A stretch of DNA of 64,000 bases from Acidimicrobiia bacterium. Lineage in GTDB: Bacteria; Actinomycetota; Acidimicrobiia; Spongiisociales; ZC4RG35. A program made the translations under genes and the position numbers. Within the stretch, counting starts at the first letter, position 1; each line of letters starts with the position of its first letter. Under the pieces are notes generated by a model. That model searched no databases and was not told where the DNA came from. It saw only the letters and a list, made by a program, of their open reading frames with translations. Shown one piece after another: positions 46,237-57,972 of the stretch. The stretch is taken from contig CBDBCY010000004.1 in NCBI GenBank assembly GCA_965203555.1, positions 3,008,001 to 3,072,000 of the forward strand. Direction: 5' to 3'.

Positions 46237-47004
46237 ATGGGCTATTTCGCAGGCAAGGAAATCGTGGTGACCGGGGCGGGCCGGGGGATCGGTCGGGCCA
46301 CGGCCGAGATGTTGGTGGCCGAGGGCGGGAGAGTTTGGTGTTTCGATCTGGCCGCCGATCGCCTTCGGGAGGCCACGGAGACGATGGACGGACCGGGAAC
46401 CGCCGTACCGGTGGTGGTTGACATCTCCGAAGAGGGTTCGGTGGCCGAAGGCTACCAACGGGTCTCGGAGGCCGGCGGAGGAGTGCTGTCGGGTCTGGCT
46501 CACTGCGCGGCCATCGGGAAAGCGCACCTCTTCGAGGAGATGACCTGGAAGGACTGGGAGGTGGAGCTGAAGGTGAACCTGTACGGGACCTACCTGATGA
46601 CCAAGCATGCCGCTCCCCTGATGCGCGCCGCCGGGGGAGGGAGGATCGTCAATATCGCTTCCAACGCCGCCAAGGTCCCCGGCCCCTACTCTGCGCCCTA
46701 CAACGCCTCCAAGGCGGCGGTGATCAGCCTGACTCGCTCCGCCGCCAAGGCGCTGGCGCCCCACATCGCGGTCAACTCCATCTGCCCCGGACACGTCGAC
46801 ACCCCCATGAGGAGCGGGTTCGGCGACGAGGCCTCCCGGCTGGTGGAGGGGGTGGACCTGGACGCGGCGGCCGCCACCGCCCAGTTGGGAAGGCCCGCCC
46901 GGCCCGAGGAGATCGCCTCGGCCGTGTTGTTCCTGCTCAGCCCGGCGGCGGTGTTCGTCAACGGAGAGGACCTCAACGTCAACGGCGGGATCGTGATGTA
47001 CTAG
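46237..47004 (+). CDS. Short-chain dehydrogenase/reductase
   Basis: VTGAGRGIG, IVNIAS, YNASK, VNSICPG.VDT, VNGG. Confidence 0.9.
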   Translation: MGYFAGKEIVVTGAGRGIGRATAEMLVAEGGRVWCFDLAADRLREATETMDGPGTAVPVVVDISEEGSVAEGYQRVSEAGGGVLSGLAHCAAIGKAHLFEEMTWKDWEVELKVNLYGTYLMTKHAAPLMRAAGGGRIVNIASNAAKVPGPYSAPYNASKAAVISLTRSAAKALAPHIAVNSICPGHVDTPMRSGFGDEASRLVEGVDLDAAAATAQLGRPARPEEIASAVLFLLSPAAVFVNGEDLNVNGGIVMY

Positions 47005-47077
47005 CCCCGATGGTGGGCGGAACGGCCAGGTTCCCCGGTAAGGTGATGGGTTGGATCGAAGCGAAGGCGAACAGGGT

Positions 47078-48040
47078 ATGACGACGATCGATTCCACAAA
47101 ACTGCTGGAACTGTACGAATCGATGGTGACCATGAAGTTGTGGGACCAGACCGCCTTGCGGCTGCTGCAGGAGGGACGGGTTCTGGCCGGGTACCACTCC
47201 GGCCGCGGACAGGAGGCGATACCGGCGGGCGGGGTGGCGCCGTTGCGCCGGGACGACTATCTGATGTACGCTCACCGGGGATTCGGGTACACGATCGCCA
47301 AGGGGATGTCGATGGCCGCCATGTTCGGCGACCTGATGGCCAACACCGCCGGGGCGACCGGCGGGCTGGGAGCGGGGATTCCCCACTTCGCCGATCCCGA
47401 GTTGGGGATACTCGGCCAGGGAGGCACATTGGGGAGTTGCTTCGGTATCGCCACCGGAGCGGCGTTCAGCGCCCGGTACCGGGGGACCGACCAGGTGGTG
47501 GTGTGCTTCTTCGGGGACGGCACCGCCAACCGGGGCGCATTCCACGAATCGGTGAACGCCGCCGCGGCGTGGAAGCTGCCGGTGGTGTGGATCTGCGAGA
47601 ACAATGGATACGCGGTGTCGGTCCCCGTTGCGGATTCCACCGCCGGACGGATAGTGGACCGGGCGGCCGGCTACGGGATGCCGGGGGTGCGTATCGACGG
47701 CATGGATGTGACCGAGGTCTACCGGGCCACCTGCGAGGCGGTCGACCGGGCCCGGGCGGGAGAGGGTCCCACGCTGATCGAGGCCATGTGCCATCGCTTC
47801 CGGGGACACTACGAGGGGGATCCGCAGGTGTACCGCACGGAGGAGGAGACACAGCGGCTGCTGGCCCTCGACCCGATCACCACCGCGGCGGCCCGGCTGA
47901 TGGAAGAGGGTGCGGTGACCCGAGAGCGACTCGAAGAACTGGAGATACGCATTCAGCGCCGGATCGACGAGGCGGTGGAGGAGGCCTCTATGGCGCCGAT
48001 GCCGGGGCCGGAGCGTCTGCACGAGGGCCTGTACGTATGA
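47078..48040 (+). CDS. 2-oxoacid/acetoin dehydrogenase E1 alpha subunit
   Basis: GQEA, HRG, FFGDG..NRGAFHESVN, ENNGYA, RFRGHYEGD. Confidence 0.9.
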   Translation: MTTIDSTKLLELYESMVTMKLWDQTALRLLQEGRVLAGYHSGRGQEAIPAGGVAPLRRDDYLMYAHRGFGYTIAKGMSMAAMFGDLMANTAGATGGLGAGIPHFADPELGILGQGGTLGSCFGIATGAAFSARYRGTDQVVVCFFGDGTANRGAFHESVNAAAAWKLPVVWICENNGYAVSVPVADSTAGRIVDRAAGYGMPGVRIDGMDVTEVYRATCEAVDRARAGEGPTLIEAMCHRFRGHYEGDPQVYRTEEETQRLLALDPITTAAARLMEEGAVTRERLEELEIRIQRRIDEAVEEASMAPMPGPERLHEGLYV

Positions 48041-49023
48041 GCCGGGCCACCGCCACCCGGACCCTCACCTTCTCCCAGGCTGTCCGCCAGGCCCTCCACG
48101 AGGAGATGGAACGGGACGACCGGGTGTTCGTCTGGGGTGAGGACGTTGCCGTCTACGGCGGCATCTACGGCGCCACGGCCGGCCTGCTGGAACGATTCGG
48201 ACCCGGGCGGGTGATCGATACGCCCATTTCCGAAACAATGATTGTCGGAGCGGCGGTGGGGGCCGCCATCACCGGGTTGCGGCCGGTGGCGGAACTCCAG
48301 TCGAGCGGGTACTTCGGGATCGCCATGGACGAGCTCTACCACAAGGTGGCGAGATGGCGGTACATGCACGGTGGCGTCTTCACCGTTCCCCTGGTGATAA
48401 GGCTTCCAGAAGGCGCCAAGGGCGCAGGTCCCGAACATGACGTGAGCCCCGAGGCCCTGTTCCTGAGCGCCTCGGGAGCGTACATCGTGATCCCCTCGGA
48501 TCCTGCTGACGCCCTGGGACTGTTGAAGTCCTCGATCCGCGACGACAACCCGGTGCTGTTCTTCGAGCACGCCGGCCTGTACGCCTACCGGGGGGAGGTC
48601 CCCACCGGCGACCATCTGGTGCCGCTGGGCCAGGCGGCGGTGAAGCGGGAGGGAAGCGACGTGACGGTCATCGCATGGTCGCGGATGGTGGGCGAGTCGA
48701 TCCGGGCCGCACAGGAGTTGGCGGCGGAGGGGATAGACGTGGAAGTGGTGGACCCTCGCGGTCTGCGTCCGCTCGACCTGGACACCATCCTGGAGTCGGT
48801 GGCCAAGACCGGACGGGTGGTTATCGCCCATGAGGCTCCCAAGACCGGGGGCGCGGGAGGGGAGATGGCGGCCATCATCGCCGAGGAGGCGCTGGAGTAC
48901 CTGGAGTCGCCGATCATCCGGGTGGCGGCCGCCGACGTGCCCATTCCGCAGAGCCGTTATCTTCAGAGATTTCTGATCCCCACAGCCGCCTCGGTGATGG
49001 AGGCGGTAAGGAGGCTTGACTGA
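48037..49023 (+). CDS. 2-oxoacid/acetoin dehydrogenase E1 beta subunit
   Basis: GEDV, RVIDTPISE, GLRPVAE, DDNPVLFFEH, SVAKTGR. ATGA overlap with E1 alpha. Confidence 0.9.
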   Translation: MSRATATRTLTFSQAVRQALHEEMERDDRVFVWGEDVAVYGGIYGATAGLLERFGPGRVIDTPISETMIVGAAVGAAITGLRPVAELQSSGYFGIAMDELYHKVARWRYMHGGVFTVPLVIRLPEGAKGAGPEHDVSPEALFLSASGAYIVIPSDPADALGLLKSSIRDDNPVLFFEHAGLYAYRGEVPTGDHLVPLGQAAVKREGSDVTVIAWSRMVGESIRAAQELAAEGIDVEVVDPRGLRPLDLDTILESVAKTGRVVIAHEAPKTGGAGGEMAAIIAEEALEYLESPIIRVAAADVPIPQSRYLQRFLIPTAASVMEAVRRLD

Positions 49024-50200
49024 CCCGATGCAGATTATGAGACTTCCCGCTCTTGGAGAGACCATGGAGATGGGCACCATCGTCGCTTGGCACAAGGCCG
49101 AAGGAGAGAGGGTGGCGGTGGGCGACGCTCTCTATGAGGTGGAGAACGAAAAAAGCGCCATCGTGGTGGAGGCGATGGGCCCCGGAATCCTGGCCAAGAT
49201 CATTGCTCCCGTCTCCGCCGAAGTCCGGGTGGGCGAGGCGGTGGCGGTGATGGCCGAGGTGGGAAGCTCGCCAACTGCGGAGGAGATCGCCCGACTGCTC
49301 GCCGGGGAGACCGGCGCCGCCGCGTCCGCTCCTGCGGCGGCGCCTGCACCCGCCCTCCAGCCGCAGAAAAGGGAGAAGGCGGGGAAAGAGCGTATCAGGG
49401 CCATGCCCAAGGCCCGGGCCCTGGCCAGGAGCATGGGGGTCGATCTGGCCGCTGTCCGGGGGACCGGACGGGCAGGGATCATCACCCCCGACGACGTGGA
49501 GGCGGCCGCAGCCGCCGCGCCTTCCGGTCCGAAGGTCGCGGAGCGCCGACCCCTGCGGGGATACCCGAGGGCAATGGCTGCCGCCATGGCCCGCAACTGG
49601 ACGGAGATACCGCACTTTTCGCAGACCCTGCTGGTTTCGGCAGGCGCCCTGATCGCCCGGCGCAAAGCGCTTCAGGCAGACGGGATGCAGGTCTCCCTCA
49701 ACGATCTGATGGTGGCGGCGGTGGCCCAGGCCTGCGTCGAGGTGCCGCAGGTCAATGCCGCCCTATCGGGGAAGTCGGTAACCGTCTACGGCGAGGTGAA
49801 CGTGGCGGTGGGTGTGGACACCCGGCACGGGCTGGCCGCTCCGGTGGTGCACGGCGCCGACCGGCTGGGGCTGGAGGAGCTTGCGGCGGAGATACGCCGC
49901 CTCGCCGAAGCAGCCCGGCGCCGGAAACTCACTTTTGAGGACATCGGGGGCGCCACCATCACCACCTCCAATCTGGGTCCGGGAGGAGTGGACTTCGGCA
50001 CCCCGATCATCAGTTTGAACACCGCGGCCACCATCTACTTCGGCACGGTGGCAGACCGCCCCATAGTGGTGGACGGACAGGTAGTGGCCGCGCCCACATG
50101 CCATGTGTCAGGCGCCTTCGATCACCGGGTGGTCGACGGAGCCACCGGTGCCCGTTTCCTCCGTACCCTGGGCGCCATCCTGGAATCGGACCGGATGTAG
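49016..50200 (+). CDS. Dihydrolipoamide acyltransferase (E2)
   Basis: Lipoyl domain EVENEKS, E3-binding GTGRAGIIT..DV, catalytic TSNLG and FDHRVVDG. Confidence 0.9.
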   Translation: MTDPMQIMRLPALGETMEMGTIVAWHKAEGERVAVGDALYEVENEKSAIVVEAMGPGILAKIIAPVSAEVRVGEAVAVMAEVGSSPTAEEIARLLAGETGAAASAPAAAPAPALQPQKREKAGKERIRAMPKARALARSMGVDLAAVRGTGRAGIITPDDVEAAAAAAPSGPKVAERRPLRGYPRAMAAAMARNWTEIPHFSQTLLVSAGALIARRKALQADGMQVSLNDLMVAAVAQACVEVPQVNAALSGKSVTVYGEVNVAVGVDTRHGLAAPVVHGADRLGLEELAAEIRRLAEAARRRKLTFEDIGGATITTSNLGPGGVDFGTPIISLNTAATIYFGTVADRPIVVDGQVVAAPTCHVSGAFDHRVVDGATGARFLRTLGAILESDRM

Positions 50201-50481
50201 CCCCATTGCCCATGTCATGCCCACCGGGTCCGCGAAAAGCAACACTGACTCGCGAAATGCCGGGCGGCGGATATGTCCGATGGGCCCACCCCCGCCGCCT
50301 CCTCCGTCGGGTCGAAACGCGCTCCGCCGGCCCTGCCGGAGGGTTGCGTTTCGAGAGAATATGACCTCATGTGAGCCGTCGGGCGCGGTCCGGGCGACGT
50401 CGGAACGGACCGGAGGTATTCGACACTGTCACTATGTCATGGTCCTGCGACAAAAGTCAACCCCTCATCGACGGTTTTTTC

Positions 50482-52128
50482 GTGGCCGAGCCTGAGCCCT
50501 CCATGACTCCCGGCCGGTTGAGGGACCCGACCGTTCTGGCCGCGAACCTGCTGCGCCGGGCCGTGCTGGGAGATATGCTCCGGCGGCAGGCGGCTCGGCA
50601 GGGGGACAAAGCGGCGGTGATCGCCCGGTCCGGTGATGGTCGCCGCAGCGAGGTGACCTACCGGGAACTGGACCGGTATTCCAACCGGGTAGCCAATGGG
50701 CTTTCCAACCTGGATGTGGGACGGGGGGACCGGGTGGCTGTAATGAGCCGCAACTCCGCCGAGTATGTGGGCGTCTATTTCGGAATCCTCAAACAGGGGG
50801 CGGTGTTCACTCCCCTTAACCCCTCCTATACACCTTCGGAAGTGGCCCGCCAGGTTGATCATTGCACCCCTCGGGTAGTTGTCGCCGGCCCCGGGATGGC
50901 CGAACGGGCCCGGAAGGGAGTGGCGAAGGCTCGGGCCGCTCCCCGGCTGGTGGTGACGGGCAACGAGGCCACCGCGGGTGAGGTCACCCTGGCCAAGATG
51001 CTGGAAGGGGCATCCGCCCGGATGCCGGAGGCGTTGGTGGAGGAGTCCGACCTGGCGATGGTGATGTACACCAGTGGGACCGAGAGCGTCCCCAAGGGGG
51101 TAATGGTGACTCACCGGGCGATGATGATCTCCACCACCCCCTCGTGGATCTACGAGGGCTACGTGGAAGCCTCCGATGTATTCCTGCTGCTCGCTCCGGT
51201 CTACACGATGGCCGGGACGGGGACGGTCACCAACCTGATATCGGTGGGGGCGACCCTGGTGATGATTCCCTACACCGAAGCAGGGGCGGTGCTGGAGGCT
51301 GTCGAGACCGAGAGGGTGACCAACACCTCGCAGACCCCTACCTTCTACCACCGCATGATCAGGCATCCCGACTTTGCGGTGCGAGATCTCTCCTCGCTCC
51401 GCCAGGCGCATGTCTACGGCGGCCCCATCCCCTTCGAGGCGGTGTCCAGGCTCCGTAGGCGGGCCCCCGACGTGATGTGGGCCACCTACTGGGGCCAGTC
51501 GGAACTTAGCCAATTGGGGATCATGGGGTTTTTCCGGGACGTCGACGGGGTTCCCGACCGGGACCCGCGCTGGATCGGGAAGGCCGCTCCCCATGTCGAG
51601 ATCCGGGTGGTGGACTCCGAAGGGGACGACACCGAGGTGGGGGAGTTGCTGTGCCGTTCCCCGGGTGTGATGATGGGGTACTACCGCAATCCCGAAGCCA
51701 CCGCCGCGGTGCTGCGGGGCGGGTGGCTGCATACCGGGGACCTGGTCCGGCTCGATCCGGACGGCAACCTGTTCTTTTACGACCGCTTGAAGGACATGAT
51801 CAAGACGGGAGGGATGAACGTCTCCTCCGCCGAGGTGGAGGAGACCGTGAAAGGCCATCCGGACGTGGCTGAAGCGGCAGTCGTCGGGATCTCGCACCCC
51901 GAGTGGAGCGAGGCGGTGACCGCGGCGGTGGTGCTGGGAGAGGGTGGTCGGGTCAGCGAGGCGGAGTTGATCGAGTACTGCCGCCGGCGGTTGGCGGGTT
52001 ACAAGACCCCCAAGCGAGTAGAGTTTGTCTCGGATTTGCCGATTGACCCCCAAGGAAAGGTGCGGAAACGCAGGCTGCGGGAGATACTGGGAGATCAGCG
52101 CTTTCTCGGCCCGGGAAGAGATAGATGA
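50482..52128 (+). CDS. Acyl-CoA synthetase (AMP-forming)
   Basis: YTSGTESVPKG, YWGQSE, GWLHTGD, DRLKDMIKTGG.NV...EVE, GKVRK. Start uncertain (50482 or 50503). Confidence 0.88.
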   Translation: MAEPEPSMTPGRLRDPTVLAANLLRRAVLGDMLRRQAARQGDKAAVIARSGDGRRSEVTYRELDRYSNRVANGLSNLDVGRGDRVAVMSRNSAEYVGVYFGILKQGAVFTPLNPSYTPSEVARQVDHCTPRVVVAGPGMAERARKGVAKARAAPRLVVTGNEATAGEVTLAKMLEGASARMPEALVEESDLAMVMYTSGTESVPKGVMVTHRAMMISTTPSWIYEGYVEASDVFLLLAPVYTMAGTGTVTNLISVGATLVMIPYTEAGAVLEAVETERVTNTSQTPTFYHRMIRHPDFAVRDLSSLRQAHVYGGPIPFEAVSRLRRRAPDVMWATYWGQSELSQLGIMGFFRDVDGVPDRDPRWIGKAAPHVEIRVVDSEGDDTEVGELLCRSPGVMMGYYRNPEATAAVLRGGWLHTGDLVRLDPDGNLFFYDRLKDMIKTGGMNVSSAEVEETVKGHPDVAEAAVVGISHPEWSEAVTAAVVLGEGGRVSEAELIEYCRRRLAGYKTPKRVEFVSDLPIDPQGKVRKRRLREILGDQRFLGPGRDR

Positions 52129-53147
52129 CGACCAACGGACGCCGGCCGCTGCTGGAGGCAGGAGGGCTGCACAAGCACTTCCCGATGACCGGCGCGCTGG
52201 GATTTGGCGGTAAAGGGGTGGTCAAAGCGGTCAACGGCATAGATCTGGAGTTGTGGCCGGGGGAAACCTTGGGCGTGGTGGGAGAGTCGGGTTGCGGGAA
52301 AACCACCCTGGCTCGACTGCTGTTGCTATTGGAGACCCCCACCGAAGGCCGGATTCTCTTTCGGGGTGAGGAGGTGAGCATCCGGCAAAAGGACCTGGCA
52401 GAGTACCGCCGCAACGTACAAGTGGTGTTCCAGGACCCCTTCTCGTCGCTGTCGCCCCGGATGAGGGTTCGGGAGATCATCGCCGAACCCATCCGCGCGG
52501 CCGGCGGGATGGGCAAGCGGGAGACCACCGACCGGGTCGGTGAGGTCATGAGCCAGGTCGGACTCGACTACCAGGCTCATTCCGGTCTTTATCCCCACGA
52601 ATTCAGCGGCGGCCAGCGACAGCGGATCGCCATCGCCCGGGCTCTGGCGCCCAGCCCCAAGGTGGTGATTCTGGACGAACCGGTCTCCGCGCTGGATGTC
52701 TCGATCCGCGCCCAGGTCATGAATCTTCTCGCCGACCTGCAGGAAACATTCGACTTGGCCTACCTGCTCATCTCTCACGACCTCAGCGGGGTTGCCCACC
52801 TCTCCGACCGGGTGATGGTGATGTACCTGGGCAAAGTAATCGAACTGGCCGGCGCCGAGTCGCTGTTCACCACCCCCGCCCATCCCTACACGGAGGCATT
52901 GCTGTCGGCGGTCCCTCCGGCCCATCCTGACGTGGAGAGCCAGGAGATCATCCTGGAAGGAGAAGTGCCCAGTCCGATCGATCCCCCGAGCGGGTGCACG
53001 TTCCATCCCCGCTGCCCCTACGTCTTGCAGCGTTGCGCCGACCTCTTCCCCGAACACGGCGAATTGGAACCCGGCCACGGGGTTTCCTGCCATCTGTATC
53101 CGGGGTCGGGCACCCGGTCGTGGCAACAGGTTGCCGTCGGGAACTGA
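52125..53147 (+). CDS. Dipeptide/oligopeptide ABC transporter ATP-binding protein (DppF/OppF-like)
   Basis: GESGCGKT, FQDP, YPHEFSGGQRQRI, LDEPVSALD, HPYT, GCTFHPRC. Confidence 0.92.
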   Translation: MTTNGRRPLLEAGGLHKHFPMTGALGFGGKGVVKAVNGIDLELWPGETLGVVGESGCGKTTLARLLLLLETPTEGRILFRGEEVSIRQKDLAEYRRNVQVVFQDPFSSLSPRMRVREIIAEPIRAAGGMGKRETTDRVGEVMSQVGLDYQAHSGLYPHEFSGGQRQRIAIARALAPSPKVVILDEPVSALDVSIRAQVMNLLADLQETFDLAYLLISHDLSGVAHLSDRVMVMYLGKVIELAGAESLFTTPAHPYTEALLSAVPPAHPDVESQEIILEGEVPSPIDPPSGCTFHPRCPYVLQRCADLFPEHGELEPGHGVSCHLYPGSGTRSWQQVAVGN

Positions 53148-53154
53148 TCGCCCG

Positions 53155-54132
53155 ATGGAGTTCGGAGTCAGTATCCCCAACTTTCGGGGCGCCGCCCATG
53201 TGGGGACCTTCCGTCGGGTAGCCGAGGCCGCGGAAGAGGCGGGTCTGGACGATGTCTGGATCGGGGATCACATCGTGCTGGCCCGAAACATCACCTCCCC
53301 TCACCCCTACGGGGGCACCAAGGGGATGACCGGTTCCCGGCCGTGGAGCGAGGTGGGGATCAAGGATATGAAGCCCAGCGACCCGGTGTACGAACCGCTC
53401 ACCCTGCTGGGCTTTCTGTCCGCGCTCACCGACCGGATCCGGCTGGCGCTTGGCACCCTGGTGGTGCCGTTGCGGCATCCGGTGGTGGCGGCCAAGATGC
53501 TTTCCACCCTCGACGTGCTCTGTGGTGGACGGCTGATCCTGGGAGTGGGAGTGGGTTGGATCCCCGAGGAGTACGCGGCGGTCAACGCCTCCTGGGAGGA
53601 CAGGGGAGCGGTGACCGACGAGTATCTGGATGTGATGACGGCATTGTGGCGGGAGGACCATCCCGGTTTCGAGGGGCGCTTTTACAGTCTCCCACCTGAC
53701 ATTTGCTTCTATCCCAAACCGGTGCAGAGAACCATCCCCATCTGGGTGGGGGGCAACAGCCTCCCCGCTCGGAGGCGGGCGGCCAGGGTGGGAACAGGAT
53801 GGCACGGGGCGTTCGTTCTCCCTGAAGGGATACCGAGAATCCGGGAAGACATCGTCCGAAGGCTGGAGGGGTACGGTCGGAGTGCGGAGGGGTTCGTCTA
53901 CTCCAACCGCGTGAACCTGCTGGTGACCGACCGTTCCGATCCCGACCATCCCTGCCGGGGCTCGGTGGAGCGGATCGTCGATTCGATGGAGAGGTATGCC
54001 CAGGCGGGGACCACCCATTTGCAGATCGCCACCCCGCCCGGCCCGCGGACCGAGGACATATTGCAGCAGTTGGAACTGTTCGTCACGCAGATACGCCCCC
54101 GCCTCTCCTGGGAGCGAGACGGCGGGGCATGA
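53155..54132 (+). CDS. LLM class F420-dependent oxidoreductase
   Basis: VWIGDH, LVVPLRHPVVAAKMLSTLD..GGRLILGVGVGW..EEY, PKPVQ..IPIWVGGNS. Confidence 0.87.
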   Translation: MEFGVSIPNFRGAAHVGTFRRVAEAAEEAGLDDVWIGDHIVLARNITSPHPYGGTKGMTGSRPWSEVGIKDMKPSDPVYEPLTLLGFLSALTDRIRLALGTLVVPLRHPVVAAKMLSTLDVLCGGRLILGVGVGWIPEEYAAVNASWEDRGAVTDEYLDVMTALWREDHPGFEGRFYSLPPDICFYPKPVQRTIPIWVGGNSLPARRRAARVGTGWHGAFVLPEGIPRIREDIVRRLEGYGRSAEGFVYSNRVNLLVTDRSDPDHPCRGSVERIVDSMERYAQAGTTHLQIATPPGPRTEDILQQLELFVTQIRPRLSWERDGGA

Positions 54133-55013
54133 ACTACCGGGAGATCTTCTCCGAACTCTCCAATCAGGGCCGGTGGGGTGCCGACGACGAGCGGGGCACC
54201 CTCAATTACATAACCCCCGCCAAGGTCAAGGAGGCGCTGGCGCTGGTGCGTTCCGGTCGGGTGGTCTCGATCGGCAGGGACCTGGACACCGTCTCGGGAC
54301 CTTCCAATCCCCGGCCGGTGGTGCATCAACTGCTGTATGCCGGACATGAGGCCGAGTCGACCATGGACTTTGTGGGGATCGCCCCACACGGGTTCTCGGT
54401 CACCCATCTGGATGCGGTGGGACATGTCTATTTCGAAGGCGAGATGTACAACGGCCGCCGGGCGGCCGAGGAGGTGGATCGTTTCGGGATGCGGTTCGGG
54501 TCGATAGAAGCGATGGCGGAAGGAGTGGTGACCAGGGGAGTGCTGCTGGATGTGGCGTCGGCGATGGGAGTGGATTATCTGGATCCGACTGTGGTGATCG
54601 GCCCGGCCGAGTTGGAAGCCGCCGAGGATTATTGGGGATTGGAGGCCGGGGAAGGAGACGCGGTGCTGGTGCGTTCGGGCCGGATGGTCCACGAGGGTGG
54701 GAGCGATCCTCCCCAACCGGGTGAGCGGGCCGGGTTGAACATAGAGGCGATCCGGTGGCTGCATGAAAGGCAAGTGGCGGTGTACGGGGGAGACTGTATA
54801 GAAAAGCTCCCATCTCCCTATCCCGGTCTTCATCTTCCTCTTCATTCGCTGGGCTTGGCAGGGATGGGCCTGGCGCTTTTGGACTGGCCGGACGCCGAGG
54901 TGCTGCGATCGACCTGTCTGGCTGAAGGAAGAGCGGAGTTCGTGCTGATGATGGCGCCGCTGCGTCTGCGGGGCGGCACGGGATCGGCGGTCAACCCCCT
55001 GTGCATATTTTGA
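54129..55013 (+). CDS. Cyclase family metal-dependent hydrolase
   Basis: GRWGADDERGTLN, HGFSVTHLDAVGH, TRGVLLD, GDAVLVRSG, GGTGSAVNP. Confidence 0.87.
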   Translation: MNYREIFSELSNQGRWGADDERGTLNYITPAKVKEALALVRSGRVVSIGRDLDTVSGPSNPRPVVHQLLYAGHEAESTMDFVGIAPHGFSVTHLDAVGHVYFEGEMYNGRRAAEEVDRFGMRFGSIEAMAEGVVTRGVLLDVASAMGVDYLDPTVVIGPAELEAAEDYWGLEAGEGDAVLVRSGRMVHEGGSDPPQPGERAGLNIEAIRWLHERQVAVYGGDCIEKLPSPYPGLHLPLHSLGLAGMGLALLDWPDAEVLRSTCLAEGRAEFVLMMAPLRLRGGTGSAVNPLCIF

Positions 55014-55109
55014 CCCGGCCATGACCTTCACCCTGCCTGCTCCGGTCCGATCCTATAGTCTTGAGAGAGTTGCCAGGCGCTCGGACAACTACGGGAAGGC
55101 GTTGCAGCG

Positions 55110-56033
55110 ATGAGACAATTCATCTTGAGAAGGCTGATCCAGGCAGTGGTCTCCATATTCGTGTTGATCACCGTGGTGTTCTTTCTGGTCAGGCTCACCG
55201 GAGATCCCGTGGAGCGCATGGTTCCCATCCAGGTGACCGAGGAGATGGCCAACGAGTTGCGTCGCGCCTACGGATTGGACAAGCCGCTCATCGTTCAATA
55301 CGGGCTGTTCATGAGGGGCCTGCCGCAGGGCGACTTCGGCCAATCGCTTTACTTCCGAGGTCGCACCGTCCAGGAACTTCTCTGGCTTCGCATCCCGGCC
55401 AGTCTTCAATTGGCGTCCGTCTCCATGCTGGTGGCTTTGCTGATCGCTTTGCCCATGGGGGTGTACTCCGCCAAGTACCGGGGGAGGTGGGGCGACTACG
55501 CGGGTCGGATTTTCTCCATACTGGGTGGGGCGGCGCCTTCCTTCCTGGTGGGTCTGGCCATGCTGCGTCTGTTCGCTGTCCAATGGCAGATTTTTCCCAC
55601 CGGAGGCAGGGAGGAAGCGCTCTCGATAGTGTTGCCCACCTTCACCCTGGGGTGGTTCGTGTCGGCGGGGATAATGCGACTGACCCGCTCATCCATGCTG
55701 GAGTCTTTGTACGGCGAATTCGTCAAGCTGGCCCGCATCAAGGGGGTGCGGGAGTCGGTGGTGGTGTGGAAACACGCTTTCAAGAACGCCGCCCTGCCGG
55801 TGATCACCTACTCGACGGTCATCTTCGCCGCCGTGCTGGGAGGGGCGATCGTGACCGAGTACGTGTTTGCCTGGCCGGGACTGGGGAGCCTGCTGATCAG
55901 GGCGGTCATCCAGCGTGACTTCCCGGTCATCCAGGGAGCGGTGATCCTGATCGGGGTTGCCTACGTCATCGCCAATTTCCTCGCCGACCTGGCCTACGCC
56001 TGGGTCAATCCCAAGATCCGGTACGAGCAATGA
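55110..56033 (+). CDS. Peptide ABC transporter permease (DppB-like)
   Basis: GLDKPL..QY, GDFGQSL, ARIKG EAA loop, FAWPGLG, RDFPVIQG. Confidence 0.92.
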   Translation: MRQFILRRLIQAVVSIFVLITVVFFLVRLTGDPVERMVPIQVTEEMANELRRAYGLDKPLIVQYGLFMRGLPQGDFGQSLYFRGRTVQELLWLRIPASLQLASVSMLVALLIALPMGVYSAKYRGRWGDYAGRIFSILGGAAPSFLVGLAMLRLFAVQWQIFPTGGREEALSIVLPTFTLGWFVSAGIMRLTRSSMLESLYGEFVKLARIKGVRESVVVWKHAFKNAALPVITYSTVIFAAVLGGAIVTEYVFAWPGLGSLLIRAVIQRDFPVIQGAVILIGVAYVIANFLADLAYAWVNPKIRYEQ

Positions 56034-56929
56034 CCGGCACGGAATCCGGCGCAGGATCACCGGAGGGAGGCAAGGTCCGGGTGAAGAGCAGAGGGGCCTC
56101 CGGCACTACCCGGTTCCCCTACGTCTCGGCGGCGGTGCTGGGGTTGGTGCTTCTGATCGCAATTTTCGCTCCTTTGCTCGCTCCCCACGATCCGGAAGTG
56201 GGCCGGCTATCCAACAAACTGATCCCTCCCCTGTGGCAGGAAGGCGGCACCAGCGATTTCCCGTTGGGCACTGACACCTTGGGCCGCGACATCTTCACCC
56301 GCATCCTCTACGGAACCAGGATTTCTCTCATGGTGGCGGTGCTGGCCACCGGACTGGCGGGCGTGCTGGGGACGATCGTGGGTCTGATAGCCGGCTTTTA
56401 CCGGGGATGGACGGAGACCATCCTGATGAGATTGACCGATATCACCCTGGCGTTTCCCCTGATGTTGATGGCCATCGTGCTGGTTTCCGTGCTGGGCGCC
56501 AGCCTCACCAACGTGCTCATGGTGATTGTCTTCCTGTTATGGCCCTACTACGCGCGCCAGATCCGGGGGGAGGCGCTGGCGGTGAGCGAGCAGGACTTCG
56601 TCGACCTGGCCCGGGTGGCGGGCGTCTCCAACCGCCGAATCCTGTGGAGACACATCCTGCCCAATGTCATGCCCAGCATCGGGGTGCTGGCCACCTTGCA
56701 GGTGGCTTTGATCATCCTGCTGGAGGCTTCACTGAGTTTTCTGGGAGTGGGGATTCCGCCTCCCACTCCTGCCTGGGGTCTGATGGTGGCCGACGGGCGG
56801 GACCTGCTCGGTCGGGCCTGGTGGGTTTCGATCATCCCCGGCATAGCCATCTTCGCCGTGGTGCTGGCCGCCAACCTGTTCGGCGACTGGGTGCGGGACC
56901 GCTTCGATCCCAAACTCCGGCAGATATAG
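56030..56929 (+). CDS. Peptide ABC transporter permease (DppC-like)
   Basis: LGTDTLGRD..RILYG.RISL, RHILPN, EASLSFLG.G, PAWG, RDRFDP. Confidence 0.92.
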   Translation: MTGTESGAGSPEGGKVRVKSRGASGTTRFPYVSAAVLGLVLLIAIFAPLLAPHDPEVGRLSNKLIPPLWQEGGTSDFPLGTDTLGRDIFTRILYGTRISLMVAVLATGLAGVLGTIVGLIAGFYRGWTETILMRLTDITLAFPLMLMAIVLVSVLGASLTNVLMVIVFLLWPYYARQIRGEALAVSEQDFVDLARVAGVSNRRILWRHILPNVMPSIGVLATLQVALIILLEASLSFLGVGIPPPTPAWGLMVADGRDLLGRAWWVSIIPGIAIFAVVLAANLFGDWVRDRFDPKLRQI

Positions 56930-56931
56930 CT

Positions 56932-57936
<1,005 letters not shown>

Positions 57937-57972
57937 GGGATCCTTCTGCGGACCTTTCCGGAGACACTGGCG